64,000 bases of DNA, taken from Actinomycetota bacterium (GTDB taxonomy: Bacteria; Actinomycetota; CADDZG01; WHSQ01). The notes under the pieces were generated by a model. It saw only the letters and a program-made list of their open reading frames with translations. It did no database searches and was not told the DNA's origin. This document shows, piece after piece, positions 63,047-64,000 of this stretch (positions are counted from its first letter, which is position 1; each line of letters opens with the position of its first letter). A program made the translations under genes and the position numbers. The stretch is from NCBI GenBank assembly GCA_046262355.1, contig JBHEMX010000092.1, forward strand, positions 677-64,676. The letters run 5' to 3'.

Positions 63047-64000
63047 AGAGCGTAGGTCCTGAGCTTGTCCTCAGCGACCTCGACCCCGAGTCCGGGGCCC
63101 TCGGGGACGAGCACGCTCCCGTCCTTCAGGACGAACGGATCGCGCACGATGTCGTCGGTGTAGTAGTTCCCCGCGATGCCGCGCGACGCGTGCTCCGGAG
63201 CCGAGACCGGACAGACGCTCGGCAACGACGCTATCGGTGTCGCCGCCCCCAGGTGAAGGTTGGCGGCGTTGCCGATGCCCATCTCGATCGACCCACCGAT
63301 GTCGCACATGAAACCGAGTGCCGCCGCAGCCTCGGCCTGCTGGCGCGCGCGGAAGAGCCCTCCGGGCTTGGTGACGTAGAGCGAGAACGCCTCGGCCGCC
63401 TCGAGGCTCGCCAGCTCGACGATGTCCTGCAGTGTCCACGCCGACTCATCGGCCATGACGGGGATCGATATCCGGCGCGCCACAGCAGCCAGCGCGCGTG
63501 CTCCGGCGACGGGTTGCTCGCAGAGGAAGATCGCCGCCTCGTCGATCATCCGCTGGGTGGTGCGCACCGCTTCGCTGATCGTGGGGTAACCCTCGTTCGC
63601 ATCGACCCTTATCTGGACGCCCTCGGCGAGCCGCTCTCGCAAGCGGCGGACGAGCCGGACGTCGCGCTCCGCATCCAGGCCGGTCTTGACCTTGATCGTT
63701 CGGATCCCCTCACCCACCGCGGTCTCGGCTTCGTCCAGCGCGTCGTCTTCGTCCATGATCCCCAGCGAGTGACACACCGTGATCCGGTCTCGGACGTGGC
63801 CGCCGAGGAGGGTTGCCACCGGGACCTCGAGCATCTTGCCGGCGAGGTCGAAACAGGCGATGTCCAGGGCCGCCTTGGCGTAGGGGTGGCCCTTGACGAC
63901 GGCGTCCATGCGCGCGTGCAACACGGTCGGCTCGAGCGGCGAGCAACCCTCGACGGCGGGCCACAGATGGCGTTCGACAAGGTGCTGCGCGGTCTCCGGC
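63043..64000 (-). CDS. enolase-superfamily enzyme, MLE subgroup (racemase/epimerase/cycloisomerase type); 5' end beyond window
   Basis: IKVKTG (KxK), RVDANEGY, FLCEQP, VMADES (metal D/E/D), LYVTKPGG (second Lys). The frame stays open to base 64000. Confidence 0.8.
   Translation of the reverse strand, partial: PETAQHLVERHLWPAVEGCSPLEPTVLHARMDAVVKGHPYAKAALDIACFDLAGKMLEVPVATLLGGHVRDRITVCHSLGIMDEDDALDEAETAVGEGIRTIKVKTGLDAERDVRLVRRLRERLAEGVQIRVDANEGYPTISEAVRTTQRMIDEAAIFLCEQPVAGARALAAVARRISIPVMADESAWTLQDIVELASLEAAEAFSLYVTKPGGLFRARQQAEAAAALGFMCDIGGSIEMGIGNAANLHLGAATPIASLPSVCPVSAPEHASRGIAGNYYTDDIVRDPFVLKDGSVLVPEGPGLGVEVAEDKLRTYAL

Noticed and set aside
47188-64000. Mobile genomic island or prophage origin of the right-hand accessory block
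   Set aside because: No integrase, transposase, tRNA attachment site or flanking direct repeats are visible within the window. By eye, GC content and codon style look the same as the core genes. The right boundary lies outside the window, so this cannot be fully excluded.

Overview
High-GC (roughly 68-70%) bacterial chromosome segment. Protein signatures point to a deep-branching Actinomycetota lineage (Rubrobacter/Thermoleophilia-like); this is a guess from the sequences, not a search result. About 12.5-47.2 kb is the conserved translation/transcription supercluster, all on the + strand: secE-nusG-rplKA-rplJL-rpoBC-rpsLG-fusA-tuf, the S10/spc/alpha operons (rpsJ through rplQ, including secY, adk, map, infA and a sub-cutoff rpmJ), then truA and rplM-rpsI. 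Many junctions are ATGA/GTGA overlaps. No rRNA, tRNA, CRISPR array, transposase or integrase was found. The left flank (1-12.5 kb) holds ordinary accessory genes: a cyclase, an EamA transporter, a nucleoside hydrolase, ribokinase with a di-iron protein, an S9 peptidase, a GNAT, a secreted protein and a heme-binding-domain gene. The right flank (47.2-64 kb) is the most interesting part. It carries a GntR regulator, a TauE/SafE exporter split into two half-genes, and two convergent, tightly coupled operons. One combines a TauT/NitT-type ABC importer, a leaderless GGT, a homoserine-DH-like enzyme, a split ThDP decarboxylase, an M24 hydrolase and an OCD-family enzyme. The other combines an MLE-type enolase-superfamily enzyme, an opine dehydrogenase, a DpaA-like dehydrogenase, a half-size EamA, an LLM oxidoreductase and an M20 hydrolase. 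I cannot match this combination to a characterised pathway. Other observations: apparent frameshifts in rplQ and in the heme-binding gene, a probable CTG start for truA, a duplicated 51-nt element between rplL and rpoB, a structured 163-nt rplC-rplD spacer, and several short perfect tandem duplications at gene boundaries. All calls rest on hand translation and motif recognition; no database search was possible.
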